A stretch of DNA of 64,000 nucleotides. Source: Balamuthia mandrillaris (Eukaryota). Under the pieces are notes generated by a model. It saw nothing but the letters and a program-made list of their open reading frames with translations, made no database searches and had not been told where the DNA came from. Shown in pieces: positions 40,046 to 53,837 of the stretch; the stretch's first letter is position 1; each line of letters begins with the position of its first letter. The translations under genes were made by a program, and so were the position numbers. The stretch spans positions 62,001-126,000 of the forward strand of contig JAVKOQ020000086.1 of the NCBI GenBank assembly GCA_031835245.2, read 5' to 3'.

Positions 40046-42561
40046 ATGGAAGGCAGCAGCGACAAGGACAAGGGCAACAAGCCCGCCCAAACCACCACGG
40101 GGAGGGTCATGCCCGAGGTGGTGGAGCCCGTCCGGGGCATCCTCGCCGACTGGTGGCCCGAGGGCGGCACCCCCGACTGCGAGAAGCTGAGGCAGCACTT
40201 CATACGGGAGGGCCGGCTGAGCAAGGCCGACGTGATGAGGATCGTGGAGGGCGCCTCCAAGCTCTTCAGACAGGAGCCTAACGTCTTGGACGTGCCGCAA
40301 CCTGTTACTGGTACCAACAAAAAAAATAATAAGAGTGGAGAGAGAGAGATTCCATTTTGTGGTTTTCATTTTATTTTAAATATTTTTTTGACTTTTTTTT
40401 TTCAACAAACAAAACCAGTATGTGGCGATGTTCATGGACAATATTATGACTTGATGAAGCTGTTTGAAGTTGGAGGCGATCCCAAAGACACACGCTATTT
40501 GTTCCTCGGCGACTATGTGGACAGAGGTAAGGCTACCTTGGTTTTGTTTGTTTTGTTTCTTTTTTCTTCGTTCTCCTTTTCTTCGTTCTCTGCTTTCGTT
40601 TTTCTTGTTCCTTTTCTTCTTCACCCTTCTTTTTATTTGCTTTTTCTTTGCTCTTTTTTTCTTCTTTCTTTCTTTCTTTCTTTTTCCCGTTTGTGTTTTC
40701 GTCATGCTTTCTTTCATCTTGGTAATCGCCTTCACGAAAACCAAACAAATAAAAGGATACTTCTCGGTGGAAGTATTACTGTACCTGTACACCCTGAAGA
40801 TCTGTTATCCTACTACCTTTCACATGCTGCGAGGCAACCACGAGTGCCGCCATCTTACCGCTTATTTCACCTTCAAAGAAGAATGTGAGTTTCTCTTTTC
40901 TGTCTCCTTCTCTCCTATTTCTCTTTTCTTTCTCTTGCTCTTTGGTTGAGGATAATAGAGTGATTAACAAAAATATACAGGTAAGCACAAGTATGGATTG
41001 GACGTATATGAGAAGTGCACAGAGTCATTTGACACTCTTCCTCTTGCTGCTATCATGAACGGCCAGTTCTTGTGCGTACATGGCGGCCTCTCTCCTGACA
41101 TTCACACTGTACATTTTTCCCTTCACTCTTCTCCTTTATCGTTGCTTCTCTCGATTAAAGCTTTTGGTAATTTTGAATAGCTTGAAGACATAAAAGCCAT
41201 CGACAGATTTATGGAGCCTCCACAAAGCGGCCCTCTCTGGTGCGTCTTGTTTATGCGTTTCTCCTTTCATTTCTTTTGAATTAATCAACTTTACTATAGC
41301 GACTTGTTGTGGTCGGATCCAGTGGAACCATTCAATGCTGAGGATGATATTCACTTTGAATACAACGAGACAAGAGGTTGTTCTTACAGCTACGGGTAAG
41401 CCTTTAAATTCTCCCTTTCTTCTGCTCTTCTTTGTTTGTGTTCTCTAATACCAACCTATCATTACTTCCGCAACAAAAGCTTCTCGGCTGCTGTTGAGTT
41501 TTTGGACAATAATGATTTGCTCTCCGTCATTCGCGCTCACGAAGCTCAAGATGAAGGGTATCTCTTTCTCTCTCTCTCTCGCTCGCTCGTGTTCCCTTAC
41601 CGACGTTAAAAACAAAAAGATACCGCATGTATGCGCGCCACCCCAAAACGCAGTTCCCAACGGTGATCACCCTGTTTTCAGCACCAAACTATTTGGATGC
41701 CTACAACAACAAAGGAGCAGTTCTGCGTTACGAGAACACCGTCATGAATATCCGTCAGTTCAATCATTCTCCTCATCCTTACTGGCTACCCAACTTCATG
41801 AACGTCTTCACTTGGTCCATTCCTTTCGTTGCTGAAAAAGGTTTGTTCTTTTTCTTATCATTTAACCTTATTCCGTTCTGTTTTCCGCTTCCTTTATTTG
41901 TTCGTTTACGTTTTCCGTCCCTTTTTCTTTTTCTTTTTCTTTTTGTTCTTCTTTTGTTTTATTAATCAAACACACGGTAGTGGCGGAGAGTTTGCTGGTC
42001 ATTCTCAAGTGTTGCGATGATGAAGAGCAGCCCGTAACAGAGGAGCCGACGGAACTGACGCTTGGTGATGAACGCAAGCAAGTTATCAGGAAGAAGATCC
42101 TTGCCGCTAGTCGCATGTTGAAGATGATGAAGACGTTGAGGTACATTACCCCCCTTTTTTTTTTTAAGCTCTTTCTTCTTGTCTCCTTCCTTCTTTGCTT
42201 TTCCCTTTCTTACTAACAAAATAAACAGAACGGAACACGAGACAATCGTGCAGCTCAAAGCATTTACGCCCGGAAACAAGATTCCACAGGGCCTCCTCGT
42301 TCAAGGACCTACCGCTATACAACACGGTTCGTTTTCCCATTCTCTCTCTCTCTCTCTCTCTCTGTATCTCTTGTCGTTTCTTTCGTTCTTTCTTCTCTTC
42401 TGCTCTGCCTTTGTGTAGTTTCACTCCTTCGCTCAAAAATTTTGTTGTTGGTGTTTTCAACAGCAATTGGAGACTTCCAAGCCGCAAAGAAGATAGACGT
42501 GGTGAACGAGCGCAGACCAAACGACGAGGAAGTGGCTGCTGCCGATGGACGATCGACCTAA
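40046..42561 (+). CDS. PPP3CA: Calcineurin catalytic subunit A (PP2B), multi-exon
   Basis: [56 protein letters not shown], CaM-binding [15 protein letters not shown], autoinhibitory [15 protein letters not shown]. Confidence 0.97.
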
Positions 42562-42794
42562 AACAAAAAAAAAAGCAAACAAAAAAATATATCATAAACA
42601 GCGAAATGCTTTTGGGCGCTCTGTTCCGCAGCGTTGTTGTTGAAGTTTGTACGAAGAAAAAGAAATAACAAAAATTCCAGCATGACGACATGAAAAATAA
42701 TTTTCGTGACGTCTTGAGACAAAATTAGATGGGTAACGCATTACCGATAAAACAGTCAAACATAAAATACTTTAAGAAAGAGAGAGACAGGAAG

Positions 42795-43806
42795 ATGGCC
42801 GAAGAACAACCTCCGCAGAACAACGTGGTTGTTGTCCAGGAGGATAAGGAGCAACTGCTGATATCCATCGCCGAAGCGGAAGAGGGAGCTGTGGTGGAAG
42901 ACTTTGGTCCGTTCGTAGCCGCCGGTATCGGAAGCGCTTCCGCCTCCCAACAAGCACCGAGCGAAGAAGAACAACCGAGCGAGCAGGAGAGCAATGTAAT
43001 CGAATCTGTACGAAAAGAATATGAAGTACGCATTTTTGTTTTTGTTTTTTGTAAGTTGAAAAATCTCTGAAACGAAAAAACAAACAACAACAAATAATAG
43101 GAATGGTTAAAGAAAATGGAGGAAGAAAAAGGGCCGATGCGACTGAAGGAGCATCATGCCTTTGTCCCTCGTCACCTCTTTCAAAAACTGTTGGACGAAC
43201 GACGGAAGGAACAATCAAACGAGAAAGAGAAGGAACAGAGCGAGAAGAATGAGAACAACAACACGGGGAAGAAGGAGAAAGAGGAAGAGGAAGAGAAGGA
43301 AGATGAGCAGGAACAACGTCGCAGAAAGATCAAAGAAATCATGGAAAAGCGCCACACTTCGGTGGTCGTTCCTCCTTCTGCTCCTTCATCACGAAATAAT
43401 CCTACTTCTTCGACTCCGTCTTCTTCTTCTTCTGGATTTTGGTGGTGGTGGGACTCTTTGTTTGGACCTGAACAACAACCACAACAGCGACAGCAAACTT
43501 CTTCAAAGGTTAGTAATCCCTCTTCACAACACAAATTTTGGAATCAGAAGAAAGAAGAAAGAAGAAAGAAGAGACTAACCCAGAAAACCCAAAAAGGCGA
43601 TACCACGATCAAAGCACCATACCCGACTGCCAACAAAAGAAGAGCTAGAGGCTTATCGCCAAGAGATAGAGAGAAGAGAGAGATTGAGAGAGGAACACGA
43701 AAACACAGAAGACAGCACCAAACCGCTTATCCTCTCCCTCGATCCGCCTCAACGAGAACGTCAGCGGCAACAACAGCCCGATCAGCCGGAATGTATTTTG
43801 AGTTAA
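42795..43806 (+). CDS. Hypothetical charged protein ending in a CaaX box (CILS), 3 exons
   Basis: Predicted introns near 43026-43100 and 43509-43596; spliced last exon ends PECILS-stop. Confidence 0.65.
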
Positions 43807-44084
43807 AGAAAGTATCAGTAACGAAAAGAAGAAGAAGAAGAATCTGTTTAGGCGTTGGTGGGAATGGTTTGTTGTTGCAGTTTGTTGGCGGCATTCATAC
43901 GGGCTTGTTCTTTGGCATTCCAGCGCAACCATTTTTCCCAACCTGGTCTTGACTTTTTTTGCTCATTCTTCTCGTCCTTTTTAACGTGTAAAGAACCAAG
44001 AACATGAGCATAAGAGCATAAAGAGCGAGAGAAAGGAAGGAGAAGAGTCCTTTAAAGAGGGACGGAAGAAAAGTTACCTCCATT

Positions 44085-45801
44085 TTAGTGACTGGGGGAG
44101 GAGCTAAATGGACCTGCTTCTCCACTTGGCTTGTGGCGTCTATTTGTGACAGGACCTGGCGGGCAGTGACAATAGGGTAAGGGGACAGTGGAGGCTTCGA
44201 ATGTATAATTGTCTGTTGTAATGTTGATGTATCCTGCTGCTAAACATCTCGTTAGACCACCAATGGGACAAACCAAAGTAAAACAAACCTGTGATGAAGG
44301 TTCCGAAGAATTGAAAGCGTCATCGATGATGGAAGTTGCCGAAATCATCCAGCGAGCATCCTCAAACTCCCCGAATGGTCGTGGTGTTCCCTTCCACACT
44401 TTACTTGGGAGGTGATTATTCTGATGATGAATTGCTGGAGTGGCGGTTACAGGAGCGACATGGGGCTTTGGCTTCACAAGCGAAGGTTTTCTTGCTCTAG
44501 GTCTTGGAGTTGCTGCGGTTGCCAAGGTGATGCCAAAACTTTCAGATGGTGATTGTTCTGCCAAAGATAATGGGGCTGGAGATGCCGACCTAAAATTTTG
44601 CGAATGTTTCACTTGACCCAACGCAGTAGGAGCAATTTCTCGTGGTTGAGGGATGGGTTGCGGCAGCGGGGGGACGGTCTGCATCGGGTCTGTCTCCTCT
44701 TGTCCATTCTCACTCTCTAAGGCCTGCTCGTTGCTTGCAACTTGAAGGTTATCCTTTGGTGTATGTTGAGGTGTGAGAAGCAAAGAGTTGGTAGCTGTGT
44801 GGGTGGTAAACGGCGCGAAGTGGAACGCAGAATGGGGAAGAGGACTGAGAGAGGACGGCGATGTTTGGAAGAAGGCGAAAGGAGAGGGGGTGTCTTGGTT
44901 ATTTGGAACGAGAAGGCAAGGTGCTTGGTAAGGATGATAGTAGAATGGCTGAGTAACCGGTGCGCTTCTGAAGGGAATCGAGAAATTTTCCGCTTCAGAT
45001 GGTGACGGCGAAACCATCGATGATGACGATGAAGTGGAAGAAAAGTTAGGTCTAGAATTAGGAAAGAATGTCGCGGGTGGCAATCTCTCTAAGCTGAGCC
45101 CATCTCCTGCGTTGTCGTGCTTATCAATTCCCACTAGAGAAGGAGGCGTAGCAGGCGCAAACAAAGCTGATGAAAGAGAGGAGTCCTGAGGTTTTGGCGG
45201 ATCTGATAACAGCAAAGGTTTCATCTTAGGGAACAGTTGCTTTTTTTCCTGGGCCTGCTGCTCAGCATAGGGCTTGTACTGCTTCAGCACTTCCAAGAAG
45301 TTGCGATTGATGTCATTCGTTGCTCCGAGCCTGATCCCGCTCTTTTGCTGCTTTTTCCTCTTCTTGTCTCTTCTCTTCTTCTTCTCTTTCTTTTTCTTCT
45401 TTTGATGCACTTTGAGAGATTCCTGTTGAAACAGAGTCAAAAAAAAGTACAAGCGACGACAAGGAGCTAAAGAAACGTACTTGCATGGCGTATATGCGCT
45501 TTGTGAGCCTGCTCAGACGACCCGTACGAGGCCTGCTACCATCAGTTGCTGGCTGTGGCGCTGCGCCGTCACCATTCTCCGCATTGCCCTCATGTTGCTT
45601 ATCCTCGCAGTGAAGCGTAGGGTCCACGCATACAATCGCCCTCGAGCTTCTATCCAAGTCACAAAAGCAAGAAATAAAATAACCGTTCTAACACAACAAA
45701 GAGAGAGAGAGAGAGAGAACATGCCTGCAATGAGGTAACGAAAAGGAGTGATCCGAGTTCTCCCTTTCCCTGTACTCCACCTGCAAGACGTACTTGTCCA
45801 T
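44085..45801 (-). CDS. Hypothetical Pro/Ser-rich protein with basic NLS-like stretch, multi-exon
   Basis: 455-aa open frame preceded by plausible short exons from MDKYVLQVEY; no family recognised. Confidence 0.55.
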
Positions 45802-46500
45802 CTCCCTCCCTCTCTGTGTCCGCTTCCCCTCGCTACTCTTTTTATATTCGTCTTTCTTTTTTTCGTTTTTAACTTTTGTCACATCTGTGTTTTTTTTGCT
45901 CCACTCAACAATGAGAGGATTGCGGGGAAACTTGGGGCGCCGTGCGGTCCTCTGCCGCAGGAAAGACGGGAAGATTATTTGCATTTGTTTTTGGCGGGAA
46001 CGCTTCTGATTGGAGGAGGTCCATCGCCATGGATTCTTTTTTTGCTACTCGATTGGGGAGGGTTTTTGTAGAAAAGTTTGAAGAGAGAAGAGAGTAGCAA
46101 GAGAGCGAGCGGAGGAGCCTCAGTTTTGTTTTTTCTTTGTTGGCATGCGTTAGGGCTACTGCTACGCGTTTTGTCCCTTGGTCACGCCTACGATTTGTGT
46201 GCTTTCTTGGTTCTTGATTCTGTTCATCTTTGGCTCGACCCGCTGGTGGTAACGTACGTTATCGCAATCTCTCTCTACGTGCTACTTGATTCAGCGTGGT
46301 TACCCTTCTCTCTCTCGCCTCTGCTCCATCGCCACTGTGTTTCTACCGATTCCGTCTCGTCATCACCCTCCTCTACTTCATCTCCTCCCTCCATCCCATC
46401 ACTTGGCACAGTAACTGGTAGCAAACAAAACGCGTCTCTCAACTCGACAGCCTCTTGTGCTTTGTGCTACTCGTTTTTCTTTTCCTTCGACTCCCCTCGG

Positions 46501-47690
46501 ATGTCTTCTTATCCTCCTCCTTTGATGGAACACCTGCGGCATCTTTCTTCTCCTTCCCATCATGCGTCGCCTTCTGCTGCTCCTACTACGGTTTTCGCCA
46601 GCGGATCTGCTCGTTTGAAACGAAAGGCAGCACCAATCTTCATCGAGGAAGAGCTTGATAGCAGGAGCCTCCAAGGGCTGAAGCTGCTTAAACTGCCAAG
46701 GAAAGAAGGAGTGGGAGCGTCGTTATCGTCCTCTTTATCATCCTCTTCCAAGCAGTCGCTTCATTCCTCATGGCTGCGAAACGAAAAACATGCTGGTCGC
46801 GACGAAGAGAACGAGGACGTCATGGTGCTTGTTCCAGCTACTCCAGAGCCACCGCTTCGGACGGCGAACTTGATGCAGAAGAGGCGCGATGCTGAAGGTC
46901 ACAATACGCACTACGATTACTTGATGGTGTTCAAGCAGCTCTGCGAAAAGCATTCGAGTTCGTAGATGTTCTCTCTTCTCGGTCTGCTTCCCGTAAACTA
47001 ACCAAAGTTTTGTAAAAACAAAAAAACATTCAGAGTTTCTGCATGACAGTTTGATCGTGGATAGGTACCTCATCGCTGTCGTGTATATTCTCTTGCGCAG
47101 GGCTCGGCTTTCTCTTACGGGCTTCTTGAAGGATCGCTATCTTTTTTATGGGCTCTTCTTAGCCCTGGGTATGTAGTCACCTCTGTCATCAAGAAACTTG
47201 CTAACTGTGAAAACAAACAGAAACAGAAGAAGATCTAGCCGGAAACGTGGATGAGTTGATAGATTACTGCATTGGAAAGTTCCCTGTGATGGAAGACGAA
47301 CATGAAGACGACAAAGGCCATCAGGAAGAAAAACGAAGAAAACAGTTAGCCACGTGGAAAGCCAACCTGACAAGGTTTCAAGTGGGCAAGAACAGGCTAT
47401 GGAAACGTCTTGGCCTCCGCACTTGGGTTTCCCGTGAACTCTGTGAGCGGTGCCTCCTGGAAGTAGACAAATGGTTCGGCTCTTCCTTCACCATCTTCCA
47501 AAAGACGAGATACTCTATGGACTTGTGCCAGCTCTATGAGATGGAGAGCAAGTTGCGAGACGAGAATGATGAAGAAAATGAAGAGGAGGAGGAAGAGGAG
47601 GACAGTGGATTCTCTTCGTATTCATTCTCGGATCTAGAGGAGGATGAGAGTGAGAGCATCGCGGACCCTGGCAACAACAACACCAACTAA
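46501..47690 (+). CDS. Speedy/RINGO (Spy1-domain)-like CDK activator; exons 46501-46957, 47034-47168, 47221-47690
   Basis: Spliced core KFLHDSLIVDRYLIAVVYILLRRARL...YLFYGLFLALETEED...RFQVGKNRLWKRLGLRTWVSRELCE follows the Speedy-box motifs DKYLLAMV..YF.RA, FFLALYLANDMEED, RTWVSREECE. Confidence 0.8.
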
Positions 47691-47741
47691 CGATCGTGTT
47701 CTTTTCTTTCGTTTTTCGAAAAATTAAATTGTGTGGAGGGA

Positions 47742-47791
<50 letters not shown>

Positions 47792-47793
47792 GG

Positions 47794-47825
<32 letters not shown>

Positions 47826-48253
47826 GAGAGAAAGCGAGAACCGAATGGAGAGGAGGAGAGACAGAGGGACAGAGAGATGAGAGAGGAGACACTTGCTTTC
47901 GTTGAAAGATTGAAGTTTAATGTACGAAAGTGAGTAACACAAAAAAATATAAAGAAAAACAAGCATAGAGTTTTTGAGCGGTAGAAGCGTTGGTTCCGGT
48001 TGGAGGGGGTTGGGAAGTTGAAAGGGGGAAAATGAGTTGCAAGACGAGCAGGTCGAAAAAACTGTTCCTCCAAAACCAAATGATATTTGGTGGTGTTTCC
48101 TTTCCTCTTGTGTTCTCTCCTTTTCCTCCTCTCATCCATGATTCTCACCTTCCTCTTCCATCTTCCAACCACCCCCCCTGTTTTTTTTTAGTCCTTGTAG
48201 TTTCATCCTCCTCCTCCTCATCCAAATAACATTATCTCGCCCCAATGTATCCA

Positions 48254-49862
48254 TTATTCGTCCGTTCCACGCTCCTCTCCAACGCTGTAATGAAAGACCA
48301 CATCAAAGCCCTCCTTGTAGACGCCATAGCCAAAGTCCTTCTTCAAGTACTGGTACTCAGCCCAGGCGGGACCCTCCGAGCCCAATGCCCCCTCAAAGGA
48401 GGCCAGCTCATCCGTGCTGGCCCCACAGACGGAACAGAGGTTGAGCACTGTCTCGGGGGCGGGCTGTGGGATGAGCATGCCCAATCGCACAAAGCCCTCG
48501 CTGGATGTGATGATGGAGAGGATGTTCTGGTCCTTTGCGGCGCGTCGGAGGACGGCCACAGCATCCTCGGGAAGAGGGGGGAAGTCAAAGGTCTGGAAGG
48601 CGTCCAAGGCGACCTCGACCTGGCGCTCGGGGTTACCGGGGAGGTTGATCCTCAACTCGGTCTGGCGTGGAGGGGCAGCGCCCATGTCGCGCCCCACGCT
48701 GATGCAGTTTTCGATGTGGTGTTTCTCGGCCCATTGGCCGACTTTGGTGGCGGCATCGCCGGAGTCGGCGGCCTCCAGGGCGAGCTTAATAGGGATATCG
48801 ACAGGGAAGTACCAGCCGCCGTCCATACCGCCCTTGCCGGACATATCGATCCAGGAACCGATCTTGACGGGGTTAATGAGGGCTCCGACGTCGTTGAGGC
48901 GGTCAATTTCGCTCTCCGGCGCGCCGACATTCCAGAAAAAGTCGACCATCCGCTGGATAAAGATATTCTGAGGGCCGGCTGTGCGCCACGTCAACTTCTG
49001 CATGTCGGCAGAGGTGGATACGTGGAACTCAATGCTCATCGGTCCCGAGAGGTCGTCAGTGGAGGGAATGCTCTCGCTCCAGATCTGCCAAAACTCCAGC
49101 ACTTTGCTGTCCTCCTCCTGCAGGAATGGAATGGTATCCTTAGCCAGAGAGAGAAGAGTTCTCGGTGCGACCGCATCGCCCGCGGTTTTCTTAGATTCCT
49201 TTGGCGCTTTCTCTGGTTTGGGTTCCGCGCCCCTCTCGCCTGTGCCGTTAGCTTCTGTGTTCTCCTTTCCTCCAGCGGAGCTGCTGGTGGTGCTGTAGGA
49301 GGCACCGCCTCCTCGGGAAGCGCCTGCTTTCAATGACTCCACAGCGCTCTGGAGGGCTGATACCCAAGAGGCTTTGATGGAATCACTGTCGGCGTAGATA
49401 ACAAAGGTCCTTTGGGCGGTTTTCACTTGAAAGGCGAATTTCTTTTTGGTAAGGGTAGTTTCTGTGACTTGTGAGGTCGGTTCTAAGTCGATAGTTCCTT
49501 TAGGGGTTGTTGCCTGGTTTAACATTATCCATGAGAAAGGAGTACAATGAAAAATCAAACTTCTCTCTCAACTCAGCTTCTCGTTTTGGAAAAAGAAAAT
49601 GAGACAATATTTGTATGTATCTCTTACCTTTGGGTTTTTGAAATAGAATACAGTCCCGTCTTTAAGTACACACCATCTCTTCTTCCACGACTTATAGCTG
49701 CCACCTTGCTTGGTGAGCCAGCCCTCCTTTTCAGGGTTCGTCAAAGATGCTACGGAGATGCCCTATAACGACAAAGTTTTATAAGAGAAAGAAAGCAAAA
49801 AAAAAAAAGGAAACGGCAAGAAAACAGAGGAAAGCAACAACAAAAAAAGGAGGCAAGAACCA

Positions 49863-49919
<57 letters not shown>

Positions 49920-49993
49920 AGGATAGAGGGAGAGGGGGAGAATAAAGAAGCGAAGGGAAGAGAGGTGAGGAGAAAGCAGACCTTAAGAGACAT
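48254..49993 (-). CDS. N-terminal PH-domain protein with uncharacterised globular C-terminal domain, 3 exons
   Basis: MSLK|GISV...KEGWLTKQGGSYKSWKRRWCVLKD...YFK; KGTIDL; FAFQV...RTFVIYADS...WVSAL. Confidence 0.88.
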
Positions 49994-51137
49994 TTCGGTC
50001 TATAATATTTGATTTTATTCTTCCTCTCAACTGTCTTTAGAGTGCAAGGCTCCTCGTGCCTAAACAGAGATGCAAAATGAACATGTATCAGTACCGCAAC
50101 CAGAAATAAAGACAAAAGAAAGGTGGATGACAAGTTTGTCGCTAAACAAAATTTTGGCCAAATCAAAAAAAAAGCGCTTCACCAATCACTCTCTAAGAAT
50201 CTTGCCGATTCGAACCATCACTCTTTCCTTCGCGCGCTCCGGTTTTGATTTTCAATGCAATGATGGTCCAAAGAGAGGAGAGAGAAAAAAAAAGCAGGAG
50301 GGGATTGGGTTGGCCGGAAGCGAGAGAAAGAGAAGGGGATTTTAAAAAAAAGTAACAACCGGCTTCGGCACAAAAAAAAAAATCTCTGAAACCATCAAAC
50401 ACAAAAAATAAAAATTGAAATAAAAGAGGATGTGATTAACAACATCACAAAAATAATTAAAAAGAATTCTTCGACCGCATCTTTCCCCAAAGTCGCAGCC
50501 CGCAAGGTAATAATCGTTTTTTTTTAAAAAAAAAAAAGAGAGAGAGAGCGAGAGAGCATAAAATGTTCTTGTTTTTTTACCTCGATCAATCCTCGTCCAG
50601 TTACTACTTTGACCAAATCTTTCTTCGCACCGCACGCTTGGTAGCTCCTCTTCGTCCGCCCAAAACAAAAAAAAATTTGAATAGGAGGAGGGGGAGCACT
50701 TGCCGCCGCTGCTTTAATTTTTTTTTATTTTTGTCGAAACAATAAAAAATTAAACACACGACGGAGATGGTCGCAAAAAAAAAAAAAAAAAAAAAAAAAA
50801 AACGGACTTTGTCGACAACAATGACCTTTAATTTGGCTTCGTTAGAATCTGTGGATACGATAACGCTCGAAAACTGTCCACTATCTCACCGTTTCGAATG
50901 ATGGACAATTTGGAATCCCCAAGGTTCGGTAACGTGGAACCGCATGAAATATTTTTTGTAAAATTGGGGCGGGAAATTTCGCCTAATTAGGCAGCGCGAC
51001 AATATTCTCGCCCTTTGTCGACAATTTTTGATTGTTGGCAATTTATTTTCAATTGTTTGAAAATATTCCTCTGCCAAACAAAAACAGAAGAAAGAAGCGA
51101 GCGAAAGGGCGAAGCCAACCAACAACCAGCGACCAAG

Positions 51138-51300
51138 ATGTCTCTCGGCATAAAGCGTGACGAGGAGCTCACATGGCTGGGCAAGCTCATCAAGCAGCAT
51201 TATTTCTCGGACCCCCACAGGGACATCCAAGCCTTTAGGCACATTATAACAACTGCTCAGGAAGATTGCTTCGAACGGTTCGAAACTCTCTCTTAATCCG

Positions 51301-51355
<55 letters not shown>

Positions 51356-51804
51356 TCGTCACTCCCCCAAACCCCCTTTTCTTTCCACGCTACCTCTTTT
51401 ACCAAGATGTCTCGATCAAAATTTTGTTGCTACTTCTTTTGATGTTGACGATGGTGATTTTGTTTGGGCTCATCTTTCTCCCTTCCTTTCATTTTTTTTT
51501 TGGGGTCTTTAGGGCGTTGCAAAAACATGCCCGCACTGGCATGGAAAAGAGCCAGGCCCACAGCACCGCGCCGCGCTACGCCAGCATTGTCCACGAGTCC
51601 CGGAGCCGCAACAGGTTCCACAGCCCCTGGGAGGTGGAGCACGCCAGGCAGCAGGGCTACGCCTACGAGTTCAACCCCTGGGAGCACACCGACATTCGTC
51701 GCCCGGAGAATGTGAGCCTTGCCGGGGCCACGTTCTGGGAGAAGAGCCGACAGTACAAGCAACAGCAACAACAGCAACAGAAGAAGGCTGAAGCTGCCCA
51801 GTAG
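51138..51804 (+). CDS. Small hypothetical protein, 2 exons
   Basis: In-frame GT-AG splice EDCFER|ALQKH; strongly GC3-biased codons. Confidence 0.7.
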
Positions 51805-52376
51805 TCGCTATTTTTTTGACAAAAAAAAGGTGATCGTTTTTCGTGTTCTTTTAACTCCTGCTTGTTGTTGGTTCTATTTTGTCTTTTGTGACACATTCAC
51901 CAGAGGAGGAAGGAAGGCAGAAGGCAGAAGGAAGAGGGGGAGGAGAAGGATAAGCGCCGCTTAAGCGGGAGGACCGGTTTCATCATATGTATTGAGTATT
52001 GAGGAACCGGCAAACCCACATGGCCCTTCTGAGTTTGTTCGAGAAAAAAACAAAAACACAAAACGTTTGGGGGAGTGGTGGTGATGGCATATGGACTGGT
52101 TGCAATGTGCCCCTCTTCTCTCTTCTCTCTTCTCTCTCTCTTCTCTCTTCTCTCTTATCTGTTCTCTCTTCTCTCTTCTCTCTTCTCTCTTCTCTCTTCT
52201 CTCTTCTCTCTTCTCTCTTCTCTCTTCTCTCTTCTCTCTTCTCTCTTCTCTCCTTTCTATGCGATAAGTTCTGCAATTATCGATAATCTATTCAAGAAAG
52301 ATTAGAAAATCCAAAAAAATTTGAACCCCAAAAAAAAAATAGAGAAGAGAAGAGAAGAGAAGAGAAGAGAAGAGAG

Positions 52377-53027
52377 ATGGCGCGAAAGAAGAAGAATTCG
52401 GTAGCGGCAGCGGCTTCCGCTACTGCGACGACCACGCAGGAACCAGGCCGGAGGCAAGAGCAAGACGAAGAAGAAGAAGAAGAAGAGGTGGAGCTCTCCA
52501 ACGATGAAGGGTCAGACACCGATGGCGGTGAGGAGGAAGTGGAAACGGAGGAGGACAACTTTGCCAGAGCCCTGCCCAAGAAGCTGATGGAAGATGATCC
52601 CTCGCTGAACTGGTTCCAAAAGCCGCACACCATCACGATGCTGGTCGTTGGCGGCATCGTTCTTATCTACGGCGCCTTCACCCGTGACTCCACCGGTGAA
52701 AGTGTAGACAACGTCAAAACGTACCGCAGCTCTTCTTTTTTGTTCCAATCCCTCCGCCGCTAATCGTTTGTTTTTTCAAAAAAAAAAAAACCTATAGAGG
52801 TTTGGTGGCGGCTGCTTTGGCCTTTCTTGTGTTTTGCATGCTCTACTTGCATGACGGACCTTTCAAACGACCCCATCCGGCCGTTTGGAGGGTGGTCACT
52901 GGCCTCGGAGTCCTATATCAAATGAGTTTAGTCTATCTTTTATTTCAGGTTGGTTTTTTTTTGGGGCTCGTTTTTCCTCTCTCCTCTCTCGAATTCGATC
53001 CCTTTTCATTTCGTGTTTCTTTGTTTT

Positions 53028-53079
<52 letters not shown>

Positions 53080-53793
53080 TTCTCTCCTTTTTTTCTGTCT
53101 CAACCTATATGTAAGAGTTTCTTCTCGTTCTTTTTTTTTTGAATCTCACTCTTTAACTGCTGCTGATCCCGATTGGAGTAGACAAAGGAAGACGTGCGGC
53201 TTTTCCTCAAACACTTTGACCCAAAGCTGGGCGTGCCTCTGCCTGAGAGGTCCTACGCCGTCAACTGCGATGTCTACACTCCCAACGATCCCGTCTCCAG
53301 TTTTCGAAACGTTTGGGTAAGTGAAGAGAGAAAGCCTAAGAACAACACAACCTATGAAGCACTTTCATTGAAAAAACTAACTAAACAAAAACAAAAAGGA
53401 CACGGTCAACGATGAGTTTGTGTTGGCTCATGTGATTGGATGGTTTGGGAAGACTCTGCTAATCAGAGATGCGTACGTGTGCGTGTTTATCAGCGTTCTC
53501 TTTGAGGTTTGGGAGCTTACATTGGAGCATCAATTGCATAACTTTGCCGAGTGCTGGTGGGATCACGTACGTGGACTTGCTCTCTTTACTTACTTTCTTA
53601 TTGATTCTTGTTAGTGTTGTGGTTCTTGTTTGTTATCTTCTTTGCTCACATGCGTAATACAGATTATACTTGATATCTTGATATGCAACAATCTCGGCAT
53701 CATTGCTGGTCTCTTGACCTGTCGTTATTTATTGAAAATGAAGGTATTGTTGAATCTTCTTTTTTTTTCTTGCTCTATTGCACGCTCTCCCTC

Positions 53794-53837
<44 letters not shown>

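Noticed and set aside
43895..44125. Small membrane-protein ORF after the 44085 stop
   Set aside because: Non-ATG start; the hydrophobicity derives from a T-rich 3' UTR
45655..45725. GC-AG intron (AG|GCATGT) in the 44085-45801 gene
   Set aside because: An alternative GT donor/acceptor pair also keeps the frame, so this is unresolved without transcripts
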